A stretch of 64,000 nt of DNA from an uncultured Candidatus Saccharibacteria bacterium (GTDB taxonomy: Bacteria > Patescibacteriota > Minisyncoccia > Phycocordibacterales > UBA9973), in assembly GCA_964645245.1 (NCBI GenBank), contig CAZYBS010000003.1, positions 9,366 to 73,365 of the forward strand, written 5' to 3'. The position numbers and the translations under genes were made by a program. Positions 32,901 through 43,980 of this stretch are shown in pieces (positions within the stretch are counted from its first letter, which is position 1; each line of letters opens with the position of its first letter). The notes under the pieces were generated by a model that was given only the letters and a program-made list of their open reading frames with translations, did not search any database and was not told the DNA's origin.

Positions 32901-33152
32901 ATGGGATTACCACCAAAAGCTAGACTGTCCGTCGTGTTGGAGATACTAGCAGTACTATTGGCCTTGGTTACTGCTGGTGTTGTGGTAGAACACCAACACC
33001 AAGTACTGTTTTGGTGCTTGATAGGACTGAGTGTTGTACTCTTGGCGTTGGCGATCATTCTCATAGATCGGGATTGTCCTGCCGCTGAACGTGCTTCTCG
33101 GATCATGTCGAGTGATCCCGATTGCTACGATGACCATGGCCGACCAGTTTGA
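32901..33152 (+). CDS. Small 2-TM membrane protein (84 aa) in a ~52% GC islet, strong SD AAAAGGAGGGG
   Basis: AGGAGG 7 nt upstream of ATG 32901; hydrophobic helices LSVVLEILAVLLALVTAGVVV and LFWCLIGLSVVLLALAIILI; terminator downstream. Confidence 0.45.
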   Translation: MGLPPKARLSVVLEILAVLLALVTAGVVVEHQHQVLFWCLIGLSVVLLALAIILIDRDCPAAERASRIMSSDPDCYDDHGRPV

Positions 33153-33186
33153 AATAATGAGGCCAATCGAACGGCCGGGAGAGACG

Positions 33187-33216
33187 CGGAAGCGATCTTC
33201 CGGCTGTTTCTCTTTT
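33187..33216 (+). terminator. Terminator hairpin CGGAAGcgatCTTCCG + T-rich tract
   Basis: Stem-loop followed by gctgtttctctttt. Confidence 0.45.
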
Positions 33217-33327
33217 ATCCCTAAGTGTGCTTGACAAAATAAAGTAAAAAGAGTAGGCTGTTTGAGATTCATTGATTGAGTACTGGATGCAATCTTATTT
33301 GTATTACAAGGATTAAACTCAATCAAT

Positions 33328-36300
33328 ATGCATATAGAAAAAGCTCGGCCGAAGAAATATTTTTCAAGATATAAAAAGCCTCTAGTAGAATTTCCCAATT
33401 TGATTGAAGCTCAAGTCAAAAGTTTCAAGTGGCTGATGGAGCAGGGTATCGGCGAAGTTTTTAAGGAATTTTCTCCAATCTCCGATTACTCCGGAAAAAA
33501 ATTTCAATTGGATTTTACCTCGTTTTCACTAAGTGAGTGCAAGTACGACGAGAATAATGCTAAAATAAATAAACTTTCATATCAAGGGCTTTTGAAGGCT
33601 CGGGTAAAATTGACAAATAAAATTCTGGGCACCGCGAAAGAACAGGAGATTTTCATGTCGGAGTTTCCCTTGATGACCTCGCATGGGACTTTTATTATCA
33701 ACGGCGTAGAGCGCGTTATCGTGCCGCAGCTGGCTAGGAGTTTCGGAGTTTTCTTTACCGAGTCTGAAAATAAGGGTAATAGATATTTTGGAGCTAAAAT
33801 TATTCCAGCCCGTGGAGTTTGGATTGAAATAGAGTCAGAAGCGGATGGAGCGATTTACATCAGAATAGACAAAAAAAGAAAATTCCCCGCGACCGCGCTG
33901 CTTCGGGCTATGGGTTATGAAAATAATGAGGCTATCTTGAAAGCTTTTTCCGCCAAAGGCGCCACGCCTGCCGGCGGGCAGGGACCAGCCTCCCCGGCCT
34001 CGCCAAGCGAAGCGGGGCGGGCGGGCTGGGAAGAAACAATAAAAACTTGTTTGGCCAAAGATGGAGTCAAGAGTTTAAATGACTCGTATATTGAAATTTA
34101 CAAACGCCTCCGAGATGGTGATATGGCGACAGCTGATAATGCCAAAGAGTTCATCAACTCTTTGTTTACCGCGGAGCGCTACGATCTTTCTCCAGTCGGT
34201 CGCTTTAGGTTTAATCAGAGATTTAACAATGCCATGGACGAAGCGGCGCTCGCCCGCAGAACTATTTTCAAAGAAGATTTAGTGACGGTGATTATGAATA
34301 TCATTATTTTAAATAATACTCCGGGAGCCAAGTCTGATGACATAGATCATTTGGGTCAGAGGCGCGTGCGATTCGTCGGCGAAATACTTCAGCAGAAAGT
34401 GCGCACTGGCATGATGCAAATCAAGAGAAATATCCAAGACCGCATGTCTATTATTGACGTTGATACCGCCATGCCTATCGCTATTATCAATCAACGTCCG
34501 CTGCAAGCTCGCATCAAAGAATTTTTCACTACCAACCAACTTTCACAATTTATGGCGCAAGAAAATGTGCTTTACGAAATAGAGCATTTACGTACTCTCT
34601 CCGCTTTGGGACCTGGAGGACTGACCCGCGAGCGCGCGGGGCTGGAAGTTCGCGATGTGCATCCTTCCCACTATGGGAGAGTTTGCCCGATTCATACTCC
34701 GGAAGGCCCGAACATCGGACTTATTTTACACCTTTCCACCTATGCGAAAATAAATGAATTTGGAATTATTGAAACTCCGTATATGAAAGTTAAAAATGGC
34801 AAGCTGACTGGCGAAGTAGTTTACTTAAATGCACTGGAGGAGGAAAAATATAACATTGCCCATGCCGGAATTCCTTATGATGGAAATGGAAAAATAAATG
34901 AAGAAAAAGTGGAGGCTAGGATTAAAACAGAACCGGGCACTATTTCTCGAAATGAAGTTGATTTTATTGATGTTGCCGCCAACCAAGGTTTTTCTATAGC
35001 AACTTCTATGATTCCTTTCCTAGAACACAATGATGCCAATAGGGCCTTGATGGGAAGCAATATGCAAAAACAAGCCGTGCCTTGCGTACTGCCGGAAGCG
35101 CCATTGGTGGCAACCGGTATTGAAGAACTAGCATCACGAGATTCAGGCAGACTGGTCATAGCGCAAGAGGATGGCATTGTTTCATATTTAGATGCAAAAA
35201 AAATAATCGTTAAGGGAAAATCACCTGCCCGCAATGCTTCGCATAGCGATGCAGGCGGGGAGAAAACTTACCCACTCATAAACTTTATGAGGAATAACAA
35301 CTTTGCCGTATTTCATCAGCGTCCAGCCGTCAATGTTGGCCAAAAGATAAAGAAGGGTGAGGTGTTGGCAGATACTAGTAGTACGGTGGCTGGGCAGATT
35401 TCACTGGGGCAGAATATTTTTGTGGCTTTTTTATCTTGGTCCGGATCAAACTATGAGGATGCGATAATTATTTCTGAGCGTCTGGTGAAAAAGAGCAAAT
35501 TTACCAGTGTTTATGTTGAGGAATTTGTTTGTGTAGTTCGTGATACTAAACTCGGGCCGGAAATTACTACTCGTGATATACCGAATGTTGGAGAACTCAA
35601 GCTTAAAGACTTGGATGAAGATGGTATCGTTCGGATTGGGGCGGAAGTCAGGGAAAATGATATTTTAGTCGGTAAAATTACTCCAAAGGGCGAAACTGAA
35701 TTAACTCCGGAAGAGCGGCTATTGCGTTCAATTTTTGCCGAAAAAGCGCGTGATGTGAAAGATACATCACTTAGAATGGAACACGGCAAGCGCGGGCGCA
35801 TCATTGGTATAAAGATTTTCTCCCGTGACCTTGGACACTCACTGGAAGCGGGAATTATTAAAAAAATTGTGATTGAAGTCGCGCAAATCCGCAATATTTC
35901 AGTTGGAGACAAACTTTCCGGACGACATGGGAATAAGGGCGTTATTTCAACAATTCTGCCGGAAGAAGATATGCCTTATACCGCAGATGGTACACCAGTT
36001 GATATTATACTCTCGCCCTTGGGCATTCCTTCTCGTATGAACTTAGGACAAATTTTGGAAATGCATCTTGGTATGGCAGCTAACAGTCTTGGTTATCAAG
36101 CCATTGTTCCGCCATTTTTAGGAGCTAAGCATGAAGAAATTAAAGAAGAGTTGGAAAAAGCCGGACTTCCAGAAAATGGCAAGTTAAAACTTTTTGATGG
36201 ACGCACCGGGGAAGCCTTTCAGCAAGATGTCGCTGTCGGCTACATGTATATGTTGAAGCTTCATCACATGGTAGAAGACAAAATTCATATGCGTTCAATC

Positions 36301-36591
36301 GGGCCTTATTCGCTGATTACTCAGCAGCCTCTTGGTGGAAAAGCTCAAGGGGGGGGTCAGCGATTCGGAGAAATGGAAGTCTGGGCATTGGAAGGCTATG
36401 GCGCGGCTTATACCTTGCGGGAAATGCTGACCATCAAGTCTGATGACATATTAGGCCGGTCTCAAACCTTTGATTCCATTATTAAAAATGAAACGATTAG
36501 ACCGCCCAATTCTCCAGCCTCGTTTAATGTCTTGCTCAATTATTTAAGAGGACTGGCACTGGATGTGAATTTGAAAAAAGAAAAAATATGA
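33328..36591 (+). CDS. rpoB: DNA-directed RNA polymerase beta subunit (carries an in-frame family C GC-rich insert)
   Basis: Conserved rpoB blocks throughout (FGEMEVWALEGYGAAYTLREMLTIKSDD, GRHGNKGVIS, LGPGGLTRERAG). Confidence 0.92.
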   Translation: MHIEKARPKKYFSRYKKPLVEFPNLIEAQVKSFKWLMEQGIGEVFKEFSPISDYSGKKFQLDFTSFSLSECKYDENNAKINKLSYQGLLKARVKLTNKILGTAKEQEIFMSEFPLMTSHGTFIINGVERVIVPQLARSFGVFFTESENKGNRYFGAKIIPARGVWIEIESEADGAIYIRIDKKRKFPATALLRAMGYENNEAILKAFSAKGATPAGGQGPASPASPSEAGRAGWEETIKTCLAKDGVKSLNDSYIEIYKRLRDGDMATADNAKEFINSLFTAERYDLSPVGRFRFNQRFNNAMDEAALARRTIFKEDLVTVIMNIIILNNTPGAKSDDIDHLGQRRVRFVGEILQQKVRTGMMQIKRNIQDRMSIIDVDTAMPIAIINQRPLQARIKEFFTTNQLSQFMAQENVLYEIEHLRTLSALGPGGLTRERAGLEVRDVHPSHYGRVCPIHTPEGPNIGLILHLSTYAKINEFGIIETPYMKVKNGKLTGEVVYLNALEEEKYNIAHAGIPYDGNGKINEEKVEARIKTEPGTISRNEVDFIDVAANQGFSIATSMIPFLEHNDANRALMGSNMQKQAVPCVLPEAPLVATGIEELASRDSGRLVIAQEDGIVSYLDAKKIIVKGKSPARNASHSDAGGEKTYPLINFMRNNNFAVFHQRPAVNVGQKIKKGEVLADTSSTVAGQISLGQNIFVAFLSWSGSNYEDAIIISERLVKKSKFTSVYVEEFVCVVRDTKLGPEITTRDIPNVGELKLKDLDEDGIVRIGAEVRENDILVGKITPKGETELTPEERLLRSIFAEKARDVKDTSLRMEHGKRGRIIGIKIFSRDLGHSLEAGIIKKIVIEVAQIRNISVGDKLSGRHGNKGVISTILPEEDMPYTADGTPVDIILSPLGIPSRMNLGQILEMHLGMAANSLGYQAIVPPFLGAKHEEIKEELEKAGLPENGKLKLFDGRTGEAFQQDVAVGYMYMLKLHHMVEDKIHMRSIGPYSLITQQPLGGKAQGGGQRFGEMEVWALEGYGAAYTLREMLTIKSDDILGRSQTFDSIIKNETIRPPNSPASFNVLLNYLRGLALDVNLKKEKI
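33964..34030. repeat. Family C GC-rich element in-frame in rpoB (encodes TPAGGQGPASPASPSEAGRAGW). Hairpin CCTGCCggcgGGCAGG + 35-mer gcctccccggcctcgccaagcgaagcggggcgggc
   Basis: The 35-mer is identical to the one in dnaG (40878-40912). About 75% GC. Confidence 0.8.
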
Positions 36592-39500
36592 AAACTTTAA
36601 ACACAACTGAATTTGATCACATCGCGCTTCGGCTGGCTTCACCGGAGCAGATAAAAGAATGGTCTTTTGGAGAAGTTACTAAGCCGGAGACGATAAATTA
36701 CCGTACTGGCCGGTCCGAGCGTGGAGGTCTTTTTGATGAAAAAATATTCGGACCGGAAAAAGATTACGAATGTTATTGCGGGAAGTATCGCCGAATCCGT
36801 TATAAAGATATTATTTGCGAGAAATGCGGAGTGGAAGTCACTCGCTCTATCGTGCGCCGGGAGCGAATGGGGCACATTGAGCTTTCTACCCCGGTGTCGC
36901 ATATTTGGTTCTTGCGCGGGGTACCTTCTCGAATGAGCATCTTGCTTAATATATCTGTTTCGGATTTGGAAAAGGTAATATATTTTGCCGGCTATATAAT
37001 TACCAAGGTTCACGTCGATGAGAAAGAAAAACTTGTTGCCAATTTAGACAAAGAATATAAAGCTAAATTAAAAAATGCGGCTGATGACGATACCCGGGAG
37101 AAATTGAAAAACTTACTTTCTGTCACTAAAAAAGAAATTGGAGAAATTTATGAGGGAAAAGTCTTGAATGAAATTTCTTTTCACCATTATTCCTTGAAAT
37201 ACGGAACTTGTTTTGAAGCCAACATTGGCGCCGAAGCTATCTACTCTATCTTTAAAAATTTAGACTTAAATAAATTAAAAGTGCATACCGAGAAAATGAT
37301 CGAAAAGACTAGTATGGCTGAAAAAGAGAAGTTACAAAAAAGACTCTCTCTGATTCGCGCTATGACTTATGCCGGAATTCGACCGGAATGGATGTTTTTA
37401 ACTGTTATTCCGGTTATTCCGCCAGTGCTCCGTCCGATGGTGGCTCTGGATGGAGGCCGGCATGCGACCAGCGACTTAAATGATCTTTATCGCCGAGTTA
37501 TCAATAGAAATAACCGATTGAAGAAGCTGAAAGAAATTAATGCTCCAGACGTAATCTTGCGAAATGAGAAAAGAATTATTCAGGAAGCAGTCGATGCGCT
37601 GATTGATAACTCAATTGCCAAACAAAATGACAGCGCCGCGATGAGTCAGTCTCAGAAGCGTCCGCTTAAATCACTCTCCGATAATCTAAAATCTAAACAG
37701 GGCCTTTTCCGCCAGAATTTGCTCGGCAAGCGCGTGGATTACTCAGGTCGCTCGGTTATTGTTGTCGGGCCAGAGCTGAAGCTTAATCAATGCGGATTGC
37801 CAAAACATATGGCGCTGGAACTTTTCCGGCCGTTTGTGATTTCCAGAATTTTACAGGCCGAACTGGCCTTCAATATTCGCGGAGCCAACAAGCTTATAGA
37901 AGAACGTACTGGAGAAGTCTGGGCGATACTGGAAGAGGTTATTGCCGGGAAATATGTTCTTTTGAACCGCGCGCCGACTCTGCACCGCTTGGGTATTCAA
38001 GCTTTTAATCCGATTTTAATTGAAGGAAATGCCATTCAGGTCCACCCTCTTGTTTGTCAGGCTTTCAATGCCGACTTTGACGGAGACCAAATGGCGGTCT
38101 ATGTTCCTCTGCTAGAGGAAGCGCAATGGGAAGCGAAGGAATTGATGGCCGCCAATAAAAATTTGCTCAAACCGCAAAATGGAGATCCAATAGTAAATCC
38201 TAGCCGGGATATAGTGCTGGGGAGCTATTGGATGACTAAATCAATTAATGGAGAAGAAGGCGAAGGCAAATATTTTCCCAATCCCAATACTGCTATTCTG
38301 GCTCATGAATATGGAATTGTGTCTCTGCGCGCTAAAATAAAAGTTCTGGCAACAGACTCGCATAAATATGAAAAATTTAATGGAGGAATTTTTGAAACCT
38401 CGGTTGGTCGGCTTCTCTTTAACAGTATTTTGCCGAATGATTTCTCTTATGTGAATGATGAAATGACTCAAAAAAGACTGTCTTCACTTTTTGATGAGCT
38501 TATTTTACACTGTGGTGTGGACAATACCCCTCCTATCTTGGATAAGATCAAAGCTTTCGGCTTCAAGTACTCTACTGTCTCTGGTATCACTTGGGGACTG
38601 GACAATGTGAAGGTGCCTGCCGAGAAAGTAAAAATCATCGCCGAGAGCAGAAAATTGGAAGAAGAAACTATAGCTCAATGGAGCGAGGGTTTACTTTCGG
38701 AAGAAGAGAGATATCAGAAAATTATTGAAATTTGGACGCACGCCAAGAAGGATTTGGAAAAAGTTCTACCTAATACACTAGACAAAAATGGTTCTACTTA
38801 CGATATATTTACGTCAAGTGCTAGAGGCTCAATCGGTCAGCTTATTCAGATGGCTGGCATGAAAGGCTTGATCCAAAACAACCAGGGTAAGACTCTGGAA
38901 TTTCCTATTATTCCTTCTTACCAGGAAGGACTTTCTCCAATTGAATATTTCGTTACCACTCATGGTGCCCGTAAGGGTGCGTCAGATACTGCGCTCAACA
39001 CCGCTAAAGCCGGATATCTAACCCGAAGATTGGTTGATGTTGCGCAGGATGTAGTTATTACCGAAGAGGATTGCGGCACTAAGGAAGGTAAAATGGTTAC
39101 CAGAGAAAATATTTCTGGAATTGAAATTCCGCTTTCAAAAAATGTTCGCGGGCGGGTGCTGGCTGGTGATCTTAAAGTAAATGGCAAGGTGGTTTATAAG
39201 AAAGGATTTTTAGTTACCAAAGAGGAAGCTTACAATATTGAGGGAGCAGGTTTTACCGAAGTATTCGTTCGTTCTCCTCTTACCTGTCACACTGTTCATG
39301 GCCTTTGCGTCAACTGTTATGGACTGGACTTAGGGAGAAATCATTTAGTAGAGCTGGGTGAGGCCGTTGGTATTATTGCGGCTCAGGCCATCGGAGAGCC
39401 GGGCACTCAGCTTACGCTCCGCACCTTTCATGCTGGAGGGGTGGCTGGTACTGATATTACCACCGGGCTGCCACGTGTTGAAGAGATATTTGAAAGAAGA

Positions 39501-40208
39501 ATTCCGAAAAATCCGGCAATTATTTCTGAGACTGACGGGGAAATAATTTCTATCACAGCTAAAGATGGAAAGCCCGCCCGCAATGCTTTCAGCATAGCTG
39601 ATGCAGGCAGGGAAAAAATAATTAAAGTGCTCTCTGATACTAAAATTGACAGTAAGCCAAACGAAATAGAATATCTTATGGCTTTTCGCAGAATGCCGAT
39701 AGTTAAAGTAGGCGACCGTGTTAAGAAAGGGGACCTTTTAACTGATGGGTCTGCCGACATCGCTGAAATCTTTAAACTTGGGAATAAAGAATTAGTTGAA
39801 GAATATATAATTCGAGAAATAAACAAAGTTTACGAGCTGCAGAGCGCTTCAATTTCCAGAAAGCATACAGAAATAATTATTCGTCAGATGTTTTCGCGCA
39901 GAAAAATAAAAGACGCGGGCGAGACCAATTTTTCTATCAGTGATATCGTAGAAAATACCGCATTTATTGAAGAAAACTCCAGGATTGGACAATTAAGTGG
40001 AAAAGAGGCAAAAGCGGAGACAGTGGTGCTAGGTATTACAGAAGTGTCGCTGCGCACTAAAAGTTGGCTCTCGGCTGCATCGTTCCAAAATACTAACCGC
40101 GTTCTGATTGAAAACGCCATCAAGGGCGGAGTGGACTCTCTCCGAGGACTTAAAGAAAATGTTATAATTGGACGATTAATCCCAGCCGGGACCGGATTTA
40201 AAAAATAA
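36588..40208 (+). CDS. rpoC: DNA-directed RNA polymerase beta' subunit
   Basis: Zn-binding [23 protein letters not shown], catalytic [11 protein letters not shown], trigger loop and bridge helix regions. Confidence 0.92.
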   Translation: MKTLNTTEFDHIALRLASPEQIKEWSFGEVTKPETINYRTGRSERGGLFDEKIFGPEKDYECYCGKYRRIRYKDIICEKCGVEVTRSIVRRERMGHIELSTPVSHIWFLRGVPSRMSILLNISVSDLEKVIYFAGYIITKVHVDEKEKLVANLDKEYKAKLKNAADDDTREKLKNLLSVTKKEIGEIYEGKVLNEISFHHYSLKYGTCFEANIGAEAIYSIFKNLDLNKLKVHTEKMIEKTSMAEKEKLQKRLSLIRAMTYAGIRPEWMFLTVIPVIPPVLRPMVALDGGRHATSDLNDLYRRVINRNNRLKKLKEINAPDVILRNEKRIIQEAVDALIDNSIAKQNDSAAMSQSQKRPLKSLSDNLKSKQGLFRQNLLGKRVDYSGRSVIVVGPELKLNQCGLPKHMALELFRPFVISRILQAELAFNIRGANKLIEERTGEVWAILEEVIAGKYVLLNRAPTLHRLGIQAFNPILIEGNAIQVHPLVCQAFNADFDGDQMAVYVPLLEEAQWEAKELMAANKNLLKPQNGDPIVNPSRDIVLGSYWMTKSINGEEGEGKYFPNPNTAILAHEYGIVSLRAKIKVLATDSHKYEKFNGGIFETSVGRLLFNSILPNDFSYVNDEMTQKRLSSLFDELILHCGVDNTPPILDKIKAFGFKYSTVSGITWGLDNVKVPAEKVKIIAESRKLEEETIAQWSEGLLSEEERYQKIIEIWTHAKKDLEKVLPNTLDKNGSTYDIFTSSARGSIGQLIQMAGMKGLIQNNQGKTLEFPIIPSYQEGLSPIEYFVTTHGARKGASDTALNTAKAGYLTRRLVDVAQDVVITEEDCGTKEGKMVTRENISGIEIPLSKNVRGRVLAGDLKVNGKVVYKKGFLVTKEEAYNIEGAGFTEVFVRSPLTCHTVHGLCVNCYGLDLGRNHLVELGEAVGIIAAQAIGEPGTQLTLRTFHAGGVAGTDITTGLPRVEEIFERRIPKNPAIISETDGEIISITAKDGKPARNAFSIADAGREKIIKVLSDTKIDSKPNEIEYLMAFRRMPIVKVGDRVKKGDLLTDGSADIAEIFKLGNKELVEEYIIREINKVYELQSASISRKHTEIIIRQMFSRRKIKDAGETNFSISDIVENTAFIEENSRIGQLSGKEAKAETVVLGITEVSLRTKSWLSAASFQNTNRVLIENAIKGGVDSLRGLKENVIIGRLIPAGTGFKK

Positions 40209-40214
40209 ATTTTT

Positions 40215-41987
40215 ATGAACTCTCCCGTTGATAAAATTAAGGAGAGGCTTTCAATCGAAGAAATAGTCTCTTCTTACATAAAACTAGATCGGGCAGGCAC
40301 GAACTTGAAAGCCAAGTGTCCATTTCACAATGAAAAGACACCGTCTTTTTTCGTCTCGCCTAACCGCGGGAGTTATTATTGCTTCGGCTGTGGAGCCAGT
40401 GGTGATATTTTCACTTTCATAGAAGAATTTGAAGGACTTGATTTTAAGGGCGCGCTTAAATTTCTAGCAAATAAGGCAGGAGTTCCGCTTGATTATTACA
40501 ATAAAGAGGAAGAGAGTGAAAAAGAGAGATTATACAGGGCAATAGAAGAGTCAACTGTTTATTTTTCTAATAATTTACTGCAAAATGTTGAAGTACTAGA
40601 ATATTTAAAATCTCGCGGATTAACCGATAGGAGCATAAAGGATTTCAGAATCGGATATGCCCTGCCAGATTGGCGTAAACTCTATGATTACTTAAAGTTT
40701 AAAAATTTTACTGACAATGAAATGGAGCATGCCGGTCTCGTCAAAAAGCCAGATGATACAAATAAATCAATGTACGACAGATTTCGTGGACGCATCATAT
40801 TTCCGATTTCTGATTCCAGCGGTCGCATCATAGCTTTCACAGGGCGAATTTTCCCTGCCTCCGCCGAAGGCGGATCCGCCTCCCCGGCCTCGCCAAGCGA
40901 AGCGGGGCGGGCTGGCGGAAAATATCTAAACAGTCCAGATACTATAATTTTCAGCAAGTCCGCGGTGCTTTATGGATTAGATAAGGCTAAAGAATCAATT
41001 CGCAAGAATAATTTTTCTATTTTAGTTGAAGGTCAGATGGATTTGGTATTATCACATCAAGCGGGATATAAAAATACGGTTGCAACATCTGGCACGGCTT
41101 TGTCCGACTCGACGGTTTCGAAAGAAAATGTTATTTCCAACTTAGGACTTATTCGTCGTCTTTCTCCAAATATTGTGTTAGCATTTGACGCAGATAAAGC
41201 AGGATTTAATGCCTCAAATAGAGCCGGCAGGATTGCTTTATCTCTGGGCATGGATGTGAAAGTAGCATTTATGCCCGAGGGCATGGATCCGGCTGACTTG
41301 ATTTCTCAAAATGGTTCTCTTGCTGGTCCGGATGCCTGGCGTCTTGCCATTAGAAATTCCAAACATATAATAGAATTTCTTTTAGAAAAAGTCTTAAAGG
41401 ATTCTGGAGGCGATACGCGCAAGGCCGGAAGGGGAATAAAAGAAAAAATATTGCCTTATGTAGACGCGCTTGAGAGTTCAATAGAAAAAATGCATTTTAT
41501 AAAAAAAATAAGCGATGCTTCGGGAATTCCGGAAAGTGCTCTTAAAGATGATTTAAAGACAATTGAACAAGAATTGAAATATGAAACAGAAGAAACAGAA
41601 ACTGCTAAAGAAAATGTGGAGAAAAAATTTAGAAAAGACCCAATTGAACGCAGGCTTTTAGGAATAGCTTTTTGGCAAGAGAGTATGCAAAATAGAACCA
41701 TAGACCCAGAACTTATTTTTAAAAAATTAGATAAAGTAAAAAAAGTTTACGAAGATATAAAAGAAGATCTAATTTACGAGGCAGAAGTATTTTATTCTAA
41801 TAGTGAAAATTTACAAAAAGACGTAAATGAGATGTTGCTGAATATTGAAGAAGAGTATTTAAATGAAGAACTTGTTAAAAAAATGATAGAACTTAAGAAT
41901 CTAAAAGATAAAAAAGAAGAAATAGAAATTTTAAAAAAGATAAACGAAATAAATAAAAGAAAAGAAGAAATTAAAAATAATCGTTAA
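40215..41987 (+). CDS. dnaG: DNA primase DnaG (carries an in-frame family C insert)
   Basis: Zn-ribbon CPFHNEKTPSFFVSPNRGSYYCFGCGASGD, Toprim EGQMDLVLSHQAGYKNTVATSGTAL...AFDADKAG. Confidence 0.88.
   Translation: MNSPVDKIKERLSIEEIVSSYIKLDRAGTNLKAKCPFHNEKTPSFFVSPNRGSYYCFGCGASGDIFTFIEEFEGLDFKGALKFLANKAGVPLDYYNKEEESEKERLYRAIEESTVYFSNNLLQNVEVLEYLKSRGLTDRSIKDFRIGYALPDWRKLYDYLKFKNFTDNEMEHAGLVKKPDDTNKSMYDRFRGRIIFPISDSSGRIIAFTGRIFPASAEGGSASPASPSEAGRAGGKYLNSPDTIIFSKSAVLYGLDKAKESIRKNNFSILVEGQMDLVLSHQAGYKNTVATSGTALSDSTVSKENVISNLGLIRRLSPNIVLAFDADKAGFNASNRAGRIALSLGMDVKVAFMPEGMDPADLISQNGSLAGPDAWRLAIRNSKHIIEFLLEKVLKDSGGDTRKAGRGIKEKILPYVDALESSIEKMHFIKKISDASGIPESALKDDLKTIEQELKYETEETETAKENVEKKFRKDPIERRLLGIAFWQESMQNRTIDPELIFKKLDKVKKVYEDIKEDLIYEAEVFYSNSENLQKDVNEMLLNIEEEYLNEELVKKMIELKNLKDKKEEIEILKKINEINKRKEEIKNNR
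40857..40918. repeat. Family C GC-rich element in-frame in dnaG (encodes PASAEGGSASPASPSEAGRAGG). Hairpin CCGCCgaaGGCGG + the same 35-mer
   Basis: Identical 35-mer to the rpoB copy. The flanking hairpin differs in sequence but keeps its pairing. Confidence 0.8.
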
Positions 41988-41997
41988 TTAAAAAAGT

Positions 41998-43194
41998 ATG
42001 AAAAAGAAAAACAAAAAATTAAATAGAAAAAGAAAAAAGCTTAAAATCAAAAAAATAAAGAGAATTAAGAAAAAAATTTTAAAGAAAAAAGCTGTCAAAA
42101 AAATAAAAAAATTATCTTCAATTGGGAAAAAAGCGGAAAGTTTAGCTCGCATTTCCAGTGAGCTTATAGAAAAAGGACGCAAAAGGGGATTTATTACTTA
42201 TGATGAAATATTAAAAACTTTCCCTGACATTGAAAATAATATTCTATTTTTAGACGAACTTTATGAGAAATTTGGAATTGCCGGGATTGATGTGCTAGAA
42301 GGCGGAAATTTGCTTAATCTTGATATTGATTTGACTGATAAAGATTTAAATAAATCGAGCATGCATGATTCTATCCAAATGTATCTTAAGGAAATAGGTC
42401 AGTATCCGCTGATTCATGCGGGTGATGAAAAGGAACTTGCCAAACGCATTGAGCATGGCGATTTAGAAGCGAAAAATTTGCTGGCGCGCGCCAACTTGCG
42501 TCTGGTCGTTTCAATTGCTAAAAAATATGTGGGCAGGTCCGCCAATTTGACTCTGTTGGATTTAATTCAGGAAGGTAATTTAGGATTATTCAAGGCAGTT
42601 GAAAAATTTGATTGGACTAAAGGATATAAATTCTCTACTTATGCGACTTGGTGGATTCGCCAGTCTATTACTCGCGCGCTGGCTGACCAGTCCAGAACTA
42701 TTCGCATACCAGTGCATATGGTGGAGACAATTTCTAAATATAAACAAACGCATCGCAGACTTAGCCAGGATTTAGGCCGAGAGCCATTGGCCGAAGAAAT
42801 TGCCACGGAAATGGGTATTCCGGTGGAAAAAATCCATGTAATTGAAAACATTTCGCAAGAGACAGTTTCGTTGGAACAGCCCGTCGGGGACGATGATGAT
42901 AAGTCAACCCTGGAAAACTTTATTCCAGATGATAAAATTTTACGTCCAGACCAAGAGTCTTCCCGCCGAATTCTCTCAGATCAAATTCGCGAAGTTTTGA
43001 ATGAGCTCAATCCCAAGGAGCGCAAAATACTGGAGATGCGTTATGGATTACTAGATGGTATTCAACACACCCTGGAGCGAGTAGGCGAAGAATTTGGCGT
43101 GACTCGTGAGCGTATTCGTCAAATCGAAGCGAAAGTGCACGAAAAACTCCGCCAGCACGAAAAAATCTCCCGCTTAAAGAGCCACTTTGACTAG
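41998..43194 (+). CDS. rpoD: RNA polymerase primary sigma factor (sigma-70 family) with Lys-rich N-terminus
   Basis: Region 1.2/2 ([15 protein letters not shown]...[37 protein letters not shown]...[13 protein letters not shown]), region 4 ([20 protein letters not shown]). Confidence 0.9.
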   Translation: MKKKNKKLNRKRKKLKIKKIKRIKKKILKKKAVKKIKKLSSIGKKAESLARISSELIEKGRKRGFITYDEILKTFPDIENNILFLDELYEKFGIAGIDVLEGGNLLNLDIDLTDKDLNKSSMHDSIQMYLKEIGQYPLIHAGDEKELAKRIEHGDLEAKNLLARANLRLVVSIAKKYVGRSANLTLLDLIQEGNLGLFKAVEKFDWTKGYKFSTYATWWIRQSITRALADQSRTIRIPVHMVETISKYKQTHRRLSQDLGREPLAEEIATEMGIPVEKIHVIENISQETVSLEQPVGDDDDKSTLENFIPDDKILRPDQESSRRILSDQIREVLNELNPKERKILEMRYGLLDGIQHTLERVGEEFGVTRERIRQIEAKVHEKLRQHEKISRLKSHFD

Positions 43195-43937
43195 TTTTCA
43201 ACAAACCCAGCAAATCCAGCAAGAAATCCAGCAAGGGTAGTCCTTGCTGGACTATAGTGTTGACGAAATATTTCTTCTTGTGTTTTGAAATCTAATTTCA
43301 CGTTTTTTATATATTCTGGGATAAAAGAAAAGTCAATAATGCTTGATTCTGGCCGATTATTTTTTAGAAAATCTGGATAACTTGATAATTGATATTTTTT
43401 TAAAAATTCTTCGGCTTCTTTTTTATTTTTTATACCTGTTTCTTTCCATTTTCCATCTAAGATTGAAAGAGGATTAAGATGCAAGTATGAAAATATATAC
43501 ATATATTGCGCTTCATTGTTTAAGTGCTCGGATCGAAATGGATGTGTAAATAGAGGACCGCTACGCTCGTATTTTGTGTTGAAATACATTGAATATGCAG
43601 TCAGAAGTTTACCCATAAATTTACTTATACCGCCCTCGGTATGCTCATATAAAATCAAATGAAAATGATTTGGCATTAGACAATAACCTAAAATTGAAAC
43701 CAAGGCTTTCTCTCTTTCTTCTTTAAAAATTTCTCTAAGCTGATTTTTATTTTTTTGTAAAAAATTATCCATTCTAAACGATACGTCTTGATTCATAATA
43801 TACAAAAGAGCCACGAAACGACTATAGTCCCTTGCGTTCAAAAATATCTTGCGTTTTTCTACGCCGCGAGAATAAATGTGGTAATGTTCATTTTCCGCAA
43901 ATGGGGTTTTTCGATACATTCCTAGATTGTATAACAA
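43191..43937 (-). CDS. Y1 HuH transposase (IS200-like / REP-associated tyrosine transposase family), 248 aa
   Basis: [15 protein letters not shown]...[16 protein letters not shown] (HuH motif)...[12 protein letters not shown]. The C-terminal [11 protein letters not shown] is encoded by the terminal hairpin repeats. Confidence 0.7.
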   Translation of the reverse strand: MLYNLGMYRKTPFAENEHYHIYSRGVEKRKIFLNARDYSRFVALLYIMNQDVSFRMDNFLQKNKNQLREIFKEEREKALVSILGYCLMPNHFHLILYEHTEGGISKFMGKLLTAYSMYFNTKYERSGPLFTHPFRSEHLNNEAQYMYIFSYLHLNPLSILDGKWKETGIKNKKEAEEFLKKYQLSSYPDFLKNNRPESSIIDFSFIPEYIKNVKLDFKTQEEIFRQHYSPARTTLAGFLAGFAGFVEN

Positions 43938-43975
43938 AATCGAAACTCCAGCAAGGACTACCCTTGCTGAATTGC
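43191..43975 (-). mobile_element. Compact IS200/IS605-like or RAYT-like element: Y1 (HuH) transposase gene flanked by inverted hairpin repeats CCAGCAAGG-n5-CCTTGCTGG
   Basis: Hairpin at 43237-43259 (loop gtagt) and its reverse complement at 43951-43972 (loop actac) bracket the ORF. The element abuts the rpoD stop. Confidence 0.65.
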
Positions 43976-43980
43976 TTTAA

